Shown here in pieces: positions 26,629 through 36,300 of a stretch of 64,000 nucleotides of DNA (its first letter is position 1; the number at the start of each line of letters is the position of its first letter). The DNA lies in IMG/VR virus record IMGVR_UViG_3300018080_005419, one strand, 5' to 3'. The position numbers were made by a program, and so were the translations under genes. Source of the DNA: a virus. A model generated the notes under the pieces. The model did no database searches. It saw nothing but the letters and a program-made list of their open reading frames with translations, and was not told the origin of the DNA.

Positions 26629-27558
26629 TTATAGATTGACGCCCATCGCCAAAGCAGATGTAGTTACTAATACATTTAAATCACATATTTGATTTTTAAA
26701 TTGAGCTTCTAAAAATTTTCTTTCGTCGGGCTTTAAACCAGCATGATAAAATGCAGCTTTAATTTTTCTCTTCATTAGGGCCTCTGTTACATTACGTCCT
26801 ATTCTTTTCGAATGGACAAACACAAGTATCTTATCCACCGGGTTCTTTCTTATTATTCTAACCGTCTCATCAATCATATTTTCTTCAAATTCCCAACGAT
26901 CTTTAGATTTCCTTACTCCCTTCCAATGAATATTCAATGTAACAGGTCGCCAATCAGAAGAAATACAATAAGTAGGTTTCCCATTTAAACTTTTGAGCCA
27001 TGCAGCTATCTCTTTAGCATTAGACATAGTTGCAGATAAACCAACAATTCTCGCTTTTTTGTTAATCTTTGTAAAATTAACAAGGCCGACCTCTAAAGCG
27101 GCCCCACGTACAGGCTCATCTAATAAATGCATCTCATCTAAAACCAGAACTCCTACATCAGCCAACCATTTTCCGTGCATACCAGGATTACGAGATTTGC
27201 TGTCCAATGTTTCACTAGTAACAATAATAAGCCTAGCTCTCTCAAAATCCTCTGCACGAGCCATATAATCGCCTGTATTAATAATTTTAGGAACTTCAGA
27301 CCATTCTTCTATTGTATTAAATTGGGCCATTCTTTCGTCAGATATGGCCTTGAGAGGAGATGCATATACGCATTTTGTATCGCTCACTGTTGCAATCTCA
27401 TGAGCAAAAAAACACATCGCCACAGCTGTTTTTCCAGTGGATGTGTTTAAAGCAACAATTAAATTACAATCTTTATCTGCGAATTGTACTGCTTCTGATT
27501 GTGGCTTGTTAAATTCTTCAAATGGAAATGATAAATGCTTAAATTCAGATGTTTTCAT
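26629..27558 (-). CDS. Ski2/Hel308-like SF2 helicase, N-terminal fragment
   Basis: FNKPQ, NTSTGKT, SPLKAI, LDEMH, LSATM, ILVFVHSK, YHAGL. Ends TTSALAMGVNL-stop, inside motif V. Confidence 0.88.
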   Translation of the reverse strand: MKTSEFKHLSFPFEEFNKPQSEAVQFADKDCNLIVALNTSTGKTAVAMCFFAHEIATVSDTKCVYASPLKAISDERMAQFNTIEEWSEVPKIINTGDYMARAEDFERARLIIVTSETLDSKSRNPGMHGKWLADVGVLVLDEMHLLDEPVRGAALEVGLVNFTKINKKARIVGLSATMSNAKEIAAWLKSLNGKPTYCISSDWRPVTLNIHWKGVRKSKDRWEFEENMIDETVRIIRKNPVDKILVFVHSKRIGRNVTEALMKRKIKAAFYHAGLKPDERKFLEAQFKNQICDLNVLVTTSALAMGVNL

Positions 27559-28082
27559 TTATAATGTTGCTCAACAAATGGTTTAATCAATTCTTTTATA
27601 TGTTTATCGTCGCTTCCCATATTGATATTCATTGAAGGACCACCTTTATTGCGTCCTCCAATTTCAAAATAAACAAAATTTCTTTTCTTAGCCAAAAAAG
27701 ACATAACTCTTCCACCAATTTTTAAAGATGCTGTGGTACGACCAGGATTATATTTAATAGAATCATGTTTAATTAGACCTGCCGCAGCATTCACACAATG
27801 ATCAAAGAAGGCTTGTTTTCCTAATTCTGCCATTTCTTTATTTTTTGCCTTCTTCTCTTGTGGAGTATTGGGGATTACTTTTTCTTCCTGGCCAAGTTCA
27901 TCAATATCTTTTTTCATACTTTGTTCTGATTCATTGGCTCTACTAATAGTGTATGTTCTGCACCATTCTGATCTCGCGCAACTAGAAGGATGACAATCAG
28001 AAGCCACGTTGCTAAACCACCCAAAACATGCTCCCGGCTCCAATACTATATCTTTTTCATCCACCAATGATTTGCTACTCAT
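27555..28082 (-). CDS. Hypothetical protein with N-terminal CFG 4-Cys motif
   Basis: GACFGWFSNVASDCHPSSCARSEWC. Confidence 0.65.
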   Translation of the reverse strand: MSSKSLVDEKDIVLEPGACFGWFSNVASDCHPSSCARSEWCRTYTISRANESEQSMKKDIDELGQEEKVIPNTPQEKKAKNKEMAELGKQAFFDHCVNAAAGLIKHDSIKYNPGRTTASLKIGGRVMSFLAKKRNFVYFEIGGRNKGGPSMNINMGSDDKHIKELIKPFVEQHYK

Positions 28083-28095
28083 AAAACTCTCCCTT

Positions 28096-29010
28096 CTAGT
28101 TGTTATTAATTATGTCCCAAATATCAACCACATCATTATGCAAAATTGATGTCAATTTCTTCTCAGAAAATACTTCAAATGGGCGAGGAGGAACAATTTG
28201 ACTTGAGAGAATTAAAGGAATAAAATCGTGTTTCTTAAGCCAAGGATCAACACGATCAACAATACGTTTAACAACTCCTGGAGAAACATCAAATTTTTCA
28301 GCAACAATTTCGATGCATTTCTTATTTCTGCCGGTTTTTGGTTTAGGAAGTTTCTTGATATCCAAAAGCATATTGAGAATGCGATAATCTTTTAATGTTT
28401 TGCATACCGATTTATAAAGTTTCATTCTCATTTGCTCAAAAACAATCATATCCTCACTCTTTTGTCGCTCTTTATCCATTACTTCAAGGCTGGGAGGTTC
28501 ATACTCTTTGTTTTCTTCATCAACAAAATTGTGGATTGAAATTGGATTGAAATTTGCTTCAATAAATTCAATATCACCATCATTATTCCGCTTTGTTGTA
28601 ATTCCTGTTATCATTCGCGCCTCTTTATGTTTAATCAATTTAAGATATGTTGAACGTAGAATGACACCAATATAAGTAGAAGGTAAAATTGGTTTTTTCT
28701 CTCCATCTTTATTTAATCGATATGGCTGATATTTCTTTAATCTTGTCCATACACTTATCATGCCATATTGAACAAGGTCGCTAAGAGAGAAAAATTCCTT
28801 AAGACTTGAATGAAAATTTTGAGCCATTTTAATCGCAAACCTATGATAACTATTTGTAAGTTGTAGATCTTCTTCTTTAGTAATTGTATCATTCTGCAAT
28901 TTTTTAATAAGTTTCTTTTGTAGTTTATTTCTCTCTTTTGAATTTAAATCTTCATATGTTGAGTCTAAGTAAATGTACTCGTACTGTTTTTCGTTTTTTT
29001 CTCGTAACAT
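28096..29010 (-). CDS. Phage sigma-70-family transcription factor
   Basis: Region 2-like LTNSYHRFAIKMAQNF...SLSDLVQYGMISVW...STYI, and region 4 HTH IEIVAEKFDVSPGVVKRI. Start moved to ATG 29010, which has an RBS. Confidence 0.7.
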   Translation of the reverse strand: MLREKNEKQYEYIYLDSTYEDLNSKERNKLQKKLIKKLQNDTITKEEDLQLTNSYHRFAIKMAQNFHSSLKEFFSLSDLVQYGMISVWTRLKKYQPYRLNKDGEKKPILPSTYIGVILRSTYLKLIKHKEARMITGITTKRNNDGDIEFIEANFNPISIHNFVDEENKEYEPPSLEVMDKERQKSEDMIVFEQMRMKLYKSVCKTLKDYRILNMLLDIKKLPKPKTGRNKKCIEIVAEKFDVSPGVVKRIVDRVDPWLKKHDFIPLILSSQIVPPRPFEVFSEKKLTSILHNDVVDIWDIINNN

Positions 29011-29046
29011 GCTTCTCCACCCTCCCCAGAACAACCTGCTATCAAC

Positions 29047-30180
29047 TTAGGACCGTCCCAAGTCGAGATCACCATATGTGAATACTTCTTCAGTTTTGTT
29101 TTTGAGATAGTAGAGAATTTCACTGCGATTTAAATCTTTCGGGTCTCTGCCTTTTGCTAGTTTAGTTATATATACGGAATTAAATATAGAAAGCAAGTCT
29201 TTTATTATTTTTTCTGTTCCTCTTTCTCCTCCCTCATCCCCATCAAGCATTATAACTACTTTACGTGGATGAAGTTTACTGAGAATTAAGAGTTGATCGT
29301 TGCTCAAATTTGTTCCCCCAATTCCTAATGTTCCTGGGAAACCTTCTTGACGTAATTTCATCAAATCTCTACATCCCTCAACCAAAATAGCTACTTCATT
29401 TTTAGGACAAGATTCCGCGCCAAATAAACATTTTCCAACCTTAAATCCTTTTGGATATCTTACTTTTCTATAATCATCTGGCCTACTTCTTCTTAGTTGT
29501 TTAGTATTCATATCGACAACTTTATTATTTTTCTTTAACCAATCATCTAAACCCAATACATCTGTTGCAACAAATCCTATAAGATCATAATCGCTATTTC
29601 TAATTGGAAAAATCAATCTATCTTTGTAAAATCCGTGGGTAAACTCAACACAACCAAAATCTAAAGCAGTCTTAGGTAATATGTTATTTTTAGCAAGAAG
29701 AGAAATAGCCCCAGAGTGCAATTCTCCTTCTTCTATATAACTTTCAAATTTGTCAATGTCTAAAGCAGAAATTTCTCTAATTGGTTCAGATGTTGGATTG
29801 ATAAGATTTTTGATTCGTTTGTATTTTGCCTCTATAGAATTAATAGGTGTTCCAAGTATCCATTCTATTGCTTCTATTTTTGAAATTTTACGAATTCTTG
29901 CTGTTTCATATACCAAATTGCTTCCGCGTGATTCTGTAAAACAATTTGTCTTACCAGTTCTAACATTGATTGTCCATTTGGGATGACTTGGTTCTCTACC
30001 CGTAAAAGACATATGTGTGGGACAATAACCCCATATTTGATCGCCTCTTCTTGAAACAATTTGAATATTTAATCTATCCAATACAGATTCTACATCAATC
30101 GAATCCATGATCCAACTGATGTCAGAACAATCCAAATCGCTAAGCGAAATGTCGCCCATTGATGATTCTAAGTGATACAT
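29047..30180 (-). CDS. dnaG: DnaG-like DNA primase
   Basis: Zn-finger-like CPTH...CFT, RLIFPIR, KVRYP, TOPRIM LVEGCRD, LDGDEGG, RDPKD. Confidence 0.85.
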   Translation of the reverse strand: MYHLESSMGDISLSDLDCSDISWIMDSIDVESVLDRLNIQIVSRRGDQIWGYCPTHMSFTGREPSHPKWTINVRTGKTNCFTESRGSNLVYETARIRKISKIEAIEWILGTPINSIEAKYKRIKNLINPTSEPIREISALDIDKFESYIEEGELHSGAISLLAKNNILPKTALDFGCVEFTHGFYKDRLIFPIRNSDYDLIGFVATDVLGLDDWLKKNNKVVDMNTKQLRRSRPDDYRKVRYPKGFKVGKCLFGAESCPKNEVAILVEGCRDLMKLRQEGFPGTLGIGGTNLSNDQLLILSKLHPRKVVIMLDGDEGGERGTEKIIKDLLSIFNSVYITKLAKGRDPKDLNRSEILYYLKNKTEEVFTYGDLDLGRS

Positions 30181-30225
30181 GAACCGCCTTCGTTGTCAGC
30201 CAATTTGTTATCCTGATTGTTCTCC

Positions 30226-30253
30226 ATTATAGAAATCTGGCTGAAGTTGTCAA
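30226..30253 (-). promoter_or_regulatory. Consensus sigma-70 promoter upstream of primase
   Basis: Minus strand reads TTGACA-16 bp-TATAAT, about 45 bp upstream of the primase ATG. Confidence 0.75.
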
Positions 30254-30270
30254 CAAAAATCGGGAATTTT

Positions 30271-31329
30271 TTAACTTATTAACCAGTCAGGCTTTAGGAA
30301 CCTTCTTCTTGTTGAAAAATCCCAAGGAGTAAACGGATCATTTGGATCGCAGTTAGCAAGTTCTGTGGCTTTGATTGCATCATAAGTCTGCGCAACACGG
30401 TCATCTGAAAGGAAGCATTGGGATAAAATCATAGATTCCAGACTTTGCGGTAATGTTGCTCCCATACGTTCATCTTTATTCCCAGGATTAATATTACCAC
30501 TCCTAGAAGAAAGAATTAAATGGGTTAGCTGAAGAATAATATCCTCATCTAATGACCAACTATCATCTTCTTCGGGAATACCTGCATATGATTTGCACTT
30601 CTTTGGATTTTGCTTTAAGTTGATAATTCCAAGCATTAAACGGTTATACGATAAAGACACATCTCCATATAATGATCCTTTTAATGTAACAGTTGGGATA
30701 TGATCAACTAAATCAAAAGCATAAATTTTCCCACTATTAGAAATAAAAGATGCAGCAATCAATAACTCTTTTGAAATATCTTTTAGATTATAGACATATG
30801 CCATTTGTTCAGCAGCAGCAGATACACGACAAGACTGCATCAAAGCACCACCCATAGATCCATATCGTGCGCCTTCTGAAGCTGGAGTGTTGAAAAACAA
30901 TTCTTTAATCTTATCAGTAAAAACAGCTTTAAAAATTGCTTTAAGAGTTGGGTTGTTGATTTGAGAAGCGGCATCGTCAAAGGTAGATTTGTATTCATCA
31001 ATATTATCAACTACCAAAACAAAGTCATCAATATCGACATCATCTTCATTTATATTGACAATTTCTTTTGCGATTATGTTAGTAGCGCCACCATATTCCT
31101 GACTATGGCCTTTAATAAAAACATAAGAACAAGTCTCAAATCCCTCAAAGGCACTCCAATATTTTGCAATTCTGGCCCCTGTCTTATCACGAAGCTTCAA
31201 ATCACAATAGGGTTTACCTGTTTTGGTAAGCTTTTCAGATGCTTCGCACAAATAATAAGCAGATTCAATCGTCATCCCAGGAACGATTGTGGCAAGAGGT
31301 GTGTTGTTATAAGTGGATTTGCCGCTCAT
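30271..31329 (-). CDS. YhaM/Cbf1-like OB-fold + HD-fold protein with degenerate HD motif
   Basis: KLTKTGKPYCDLKLRDKTG and VFIKGHSQEYGG (OB-fold). Where HH...GGL.EH and HDIGK are expected it has YGSMGGALMQS and SNSGK. Confidence 0.7.
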   Translation of the reverse strand: MSGKSTYNNTPLATIVPGMTIESAYYLCEASEKLTKTGKPYCDLKLRDKTGARIAKYWSAFEGFETCSYVFIKGHSQEYGGATNIIAKEIVNINEDDVDIDDFVLVVDNIDEYKSTFDDAASQINNPTLKAIFKAVFTDKIKELFFNTPASEGARYGSMGGALMQSCRVSAAAEQMAYVYNLKDISKELLIAASFISNSGKIYAFDLVDHIPTVTLKGSLYGDVSLSYNRLMLGIINLKQNPKKCKSYAGIPEEDDSWSLDEDIILQLTHLILSSRSGNINPGNKDERMGATLPQSLESMILSQCFLSDDRVAQTYDAIKATELANCDPNDPFTPWDFSTRRRFLKPDWLIS

Positions 31330-31415
31330 AATCTTTTCTCCTTCTTGGCAAATAAACGAGTTGTTCTATCATTATAGCCAGAAGGATTTAATTCTTTCCT
31401 TTAAATGTTTAATTT

Positions 31416-33089
31416 TTATTCTATCGCTTTCCTGACAATCTTCTTTTTGGATAGATCTTCTTCGGAAATATCTTCCATTTCCTTGGTCTCTTCGGCAATT
31501 GAAGCAGGTTTTTCCTCTGTTTTTTCTGGTTCTTTGGTCCCTATTTCTTCTTTAAGTTTCGACACATCTTTTTCGGTTGGGCCTGACTTTTTCTTACCAT
31601 ATTTCGATTTTGTTGCCGATTTAAAGTGTTCTATTTCTTTTTCCATATATTCTTTATCTTTTTCGCTCATTCTTTCGTCATCTCTTTCTCTAATTGTTCC
31701 TGTTCCCTTATGAAATCTACAATAGAAAACAAATTTATTGCCGTCTCTATTTTTTGTAATTTTAACGCGCCAAGTTGTATTAAAACCTCCCTTATCGTCA
31801 CCTAAACCTTCTTCTCCAACAACGGATTCTAATTCTTTGATAGCCATGACAATATTTGCGGCACCACTTTTTTGTTTTGATCCGCGAACATTGTAAGCAC
31901 TCATATCATCCATTTCTACAGACGCAGTATCGGCCTGTGTTGCTGTTACTCCTGCTACTCGAAATTGCATACAGATATTTTTGAATTCGGCAACAGCTTT
32001 ATTTTGCTCGTCTATTTCTGACCAAGCTCTTTCCATGGGTTTAAGGTGATCCAAATAGTCCAACATAACTACATCAATACGATTTCCCATTTGTTCCAGT
32101 TCTACTAATACTTCTTCAATTTCGGCACAACTATGGAACTGTGGAAATTCTTGTATGAATATTTCCCCACACGTTTCTCCAAAATTTTTCAAGCCTTCTG
32201 TGTAATTATCAATATCTTTCTCTGTAAGCTCATCCTTATTAGCCTTTTTAAGAACTCGATATGAAACCCCTGTAAACATGGATCCAAACTTATTTCCAGC
32301 CTGTTCTTCAACTTCTTCGTTTACAACAAATAAAACATTTAATCCTACCTCTGCACACCCCATTGCCATTGAACGCATTAAGGTTGATTTGCCCACACCA
32401 GTATGTGCAGTAATTAGTGTTAATTCACCCTTATATAGACCAGCATAAGAATCAAATGTTTTAAGGCCGGTTTGTAAGCAGGAATAAAACTCAGGATTTT
32501 CAAGTTTGTTTCTAATTACTTCTAATTGCCATTCTGGATCTGACAAACGACGAACTGGTTTTCTTGTAAATACTCCAGATTTGATTTTGATCAGATCAGA
32601 GTTTAGTTCTTGAATAGCTTCGTCACTTTCTCCTTTTAGAATTTTATGAACAGTTTTTTCAATTGCATCCATTGAACTCTTAGCTCTGAATTTCCTTTCC
32701 AGATCTTGCATTAAATATTCAGGAGTATGTGGAATAGAATCAGCGCCGGTAATCATATGCCATTCGGCTCTGATTTTGGTATGATCTAGCTTTTTTAATG
32801 TTTTCTTTTTACCTGATAATATTTCTACACTAATATCTTTAATACGATCTAATTCAGCCTCTAATACTGATTCTTTAAGGAGAGTGCCAGATTCTCTAAA
32901 AATATTATACCCGAGTCTAAAAAGCCAGAGACGAGTATGGCTGGTGAATAATTCTTCTTTGACTTTAGAAAAATACTTACGCGAAACAATGATATTCGTA
33001 AATAAATACTTAAGTAGATATCTTTCTTCTTCTAATGTATCGTATATTTCTCTTTCTTCTTCTCTTTCTACATCACTCAATTCTGTCAC
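31416..33089 (-). CDS. dnaB: DnaB-like replicative helicase
   Basis: GELTLITAHTGVGKST, VMLDYLDHL, ATQ, SGAANIV, ITKNRDG. Confidence 0.85.
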   Translation of the reverse strand: MTELSDVEREEEREIYDTLEEERYLLKYLFTNIIVSRKYFSKVKEELFTSHTRLWLFRLGYNIFRESGTLLKESVLEAELDRIKDISVEILSGKKKTLKKLDHTKIRAEWHMITGADSIPHTPEYLMQDLERKFRAKSSMDAIEKTVHKILKGESDEAIQELNSDLIKIKSGVFTRKPVRRLSDPEWQLEVIRNKLENPEFYSCLQTGLKTFDSYAGLYKGELTLITAHTGVGKSTLMRSMAMGCAEVGLNVLFVVNEEVEEQAGNKFGSMFTGVSYRVLKKANKDELTEKDIDNYTEGLKNFGETCGEIFIQEFPQFHSCAEIEEVLVELEQMGNRIDVVMLDYLDHLKPMERAWSEIDEQNKAVAEFKNICMQFRVAGVTATQADTASVEMDDMSAYNVRGSKQKSGAANIVMAIKELESVVGEEGLGDDKGGFNTTWRVKITKNRDGNKFVFYCRFHKGTGTIRERDDERMSEKDKEYMEKEIEHFKSATKSKYGKKKSGPTEKDVSKLKEEIGTKEPEKTEEKPASIAEETKEMEDISEEDLSKKKIVRKAIE

Positions 33090-33101
33090 TAATTTTCTCT
33101 C

Positions 33102-33326
33102 CTACAACTGATAATTAAACCTTGTTTTGAGCCATTGATTAAATAGCTTTCTGCTCTTTGAAGATAGTGCGTGATTTCTATCAAATACCACTATCCCATT
33201 TACAATCACAGCCTTTATCCAAGGTTCCCAATTTTGCCCATCAAAGCCTATATCAGACAGATCATTTTCCAAAAATTGATCCATCGTTAGTTCTATTATA
33301 CCATTATTGTCTAAAAATTTTTCCAT
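33102..33326 (-). CDS. Hypothetical protein
   Basis: 74-aa ORF tightly packed between the SNF2 and DnaB genes. Confidence 0.55.
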   Translation of the reverse strand: MEKFLDNNGIIELTMDQFLENDLSDIGFDGQNWEPWIKAVIVNGIVVFDRNHALSSKSRKLFNQWLKTRFNYQL

Positions 33327-33331
33327 ATCTT

Positions 33332-36300
33332 TTATAAATATTTAAGTGCTTCTTTCGCTCCAAAGGATTTAATAGCGCAAACTTGATCTACATTGTCTCC
33401 AATAGCCGCAGCAGAAAGAACATCCTTATCTTTTAATACCTTTCTTACATGGTCTTCTATTGTATTCAAACAAATAAAATTAATTACATTTACCACATGT
33501 TTTGTCGTAATTCTGTGCGCTCTATCCGTTCTCTGTTTCATAATAGCCGGAGACCAATTGTCATCGTAATGTAAAACATAAGATGCTTCCTGGAAATTAA
33601 GTCCTGTTGATCCTGCTTCATCCATAACACAGATATTTACTGTTGGATCTTCATTGAATTCTTTAGCAATTTGAGGGCGCTTTTTCTTGGATACTCTCCC
33701 TGTAATTTTAAAAGTTTTCCAACCATTCTTTTCAAATTCTACATACAATCTGTCTACCATTTGTTCAAACATAGAAAACACTAAAACCTTATTATTATTA
33801 GCAATAACTTCTTCTAATAATTCCATACAAGCATTAAATTTAGATCCAAATTCGGGATATTCATCGACAAGAAAAGGAGCATTACAAAATTGTCGCGCTC
33901 TTAAAACTGCTGTAATTACTTCTGCTTCTTCGGTGACTTTATGGGCTTGATTACGAATAGCATTATATATTTTTCTTTCCTCTGTTGACAATTCCACATA
34001 TACATTTTTAAAGATCTTTTCAGGCAGTTCTTTTGCTACTTCTTCTTTTAATCTTCTCAGAAAAAATGGCTCTATTGTTTTTCTTACCTCATCAACATTC
34101 ATATACCCAACAACTGCATTCCATTCATTTCTAATAGCATACTTGTCTAAGAATTTTCCTCTTGTCATAAATAAACCAGGAACAAGAAATTCAAAAATGC
34201 TATGTAGATCTTCTAGTTTTCCATCAATTGGAGTTCCTGACAATCCTATTCTAATGCCGTTTTCTGAAAGCTTAAGTTTCTTCATTACTTTGGATCTAGT
34301 TGATTTCCAATTTTTAAGCATATGAATTTCATCAACAATAATAATATCAAAATCATCACGTAAAACATCAGCATCATCAAAATCTCTTACTATTAATTCT
34401 GGATTAACAACAATAAAAAAGGCATCTGTATTCCAAAGCGTATCTCGTTTATCAGGAGAACCATCAACAATTACAAAATCTTCATTTGTCCAGAATTCCA
34501 GTTCTTCTTTCCAGTTATATTTAACAGAAGCAGGAGCAACAATTAAACATTTTTTTGCTTTATTAAATTTCTTTCTCCAGAGCGCCATTGCTATTGATTG
34601 CATACTATTATGCCCGAGAGCTAAATCTACCACATAATTAGATTCACCACTAATTTCAAAATCATATACATAATCATTATATTTTTCTTCTTTTATATCT
34701 TGAATTTGTAGCCATATATAATCTTCATAAATCATAGATTCTAATTCTTTAAGTGTTTCTTTAATTTCTTTTTTGTTATCTTTTAAATTCTTTTTCATAG
34801 CTTCTCGTCTAGCACTCCATTTGGATCGTGTAATATCAGGAATGCCATTTTTAATCACATTTTTAATTGTTTTTATAATTTTAATAACTGTTTCTGTTGA
34901 GGGATTTTGAGGTATGACTTTTTCCGAAACATGTACATATTCAATTCCACTAAGATTGTATGTAAAATCGCTAATTTTTAATAGTTTCCTTAATATGTGT
35001 CTGCATGGAATACTATTGGCAATATTTGTATTTTCTGTTTTGGAACATAGTTTATTTAATCTTTCATTTTTTCTTTTCGAAATAAATCCTATTTTTTCTT
35101 TAAATATCCTTGCATATTTTCCTCCTATGGTGATTCTCCAATATAATGCATTTCCCCACCTCGGAGTATATATTGTTTTATTATTTATAACTCCAACTAT
35201 TCCAAAACGTCTTAACATATAGTGCATAGATCTAATTATACTTTCTGATTTTGAAGATAATTCAATATTGTCCTTGTTACAACACCCCTCTGCTTCAAAA
35301 TAGTGTTGAATAAATGCCTTAGCAACACTTTCATTAGAATTAGTAATTTTTTCAGGAATAATTTTATCCCCCGAAAGAGAACCCCAACAATAATCTGGAA
35401 ATTTTTTCTTCAACCAATTTTTATATATTTTAGAAGTAATTCTTAAATAAGAACAATGATTTCTGTCTTCTTTGATAAGATGTATATTTGGATTTTCTTC
35501 AAATTTTAAGTCTTTAAAAATTTTTCGAAGTTTGATAAGAATAGATCTTTCTTTTTGAGAAATTGTAAAAGTGCTTGATTTATATTCGTGACCCTCTGCA
35601 ATTTGCCAAGCTAATAATATTGCACAATTTTTATTTATTTCCTCTTTACTATTACATGATGGAATTATTTTTGGAACTAATATCCAATCTCCAATTTTTA
35701 GATTTTTAGCTTTAATCCATTTATTTTCATTGTTCCAAAATAAATGTCTCAATCCGACCTCTATTTTAGATCCATCCTGAAGAGTAATCGATCTTATTTT
35801 TCTTACCTTTTCTCTATAAATATTTATCGCTTTTTGATATTTTGATTTTTGTTTTTTAATTCCCAAAACTTTAATTTTTGATAATTTTCTCCATTCTCCT
35901 CTTCCTTCTTTAATCGATGTATTTGGATCGCTATAGTTATCCCATATTTCTTCTAATGTTGTAGATCCGATATTTTTAACACAAACTCTACTATTTTTAG
36001 AGGCGCATTTGCCGAGTCCCATGGTATCCCCAAGAAGCAAACCATATTTTACCAGGGTGAAGAATTGTACACCTAGTTTTTGATAATTTCTTAGAGATAT
36101 TCCTTCTGGGGGACTAATACCTGGGATTCTTAAGGATATGGGATGATCTTTGAGTGCTGCCTTTTTAACTTTTTTAAGCTCTTCTATTCTTGCTACTTCT
36201 TGTTCTGTTATATCACCTATTCTTGGATCTAAAAAATCAAAGGGGATTTTATCTAATAACATTTCAAGATTAGGAATAGTAAAGAACCAAGCCCATCCTT

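Noticed and set aside
26572-26631. T4 gene 60-type ribosomal bypass in the helicase
   Set aside because: The codon before the stop is CUA and no matching CUA landing codon exists in the gap. It is kept only as a secondary possibility in the findings.
26572-26631. Single-base sequencing error explaining the helicase split
   Set aside because: The halves are in frame and separated by 60 extra nt with two stops and an RBS-like sequence. One indel or substitution cannot produce this.
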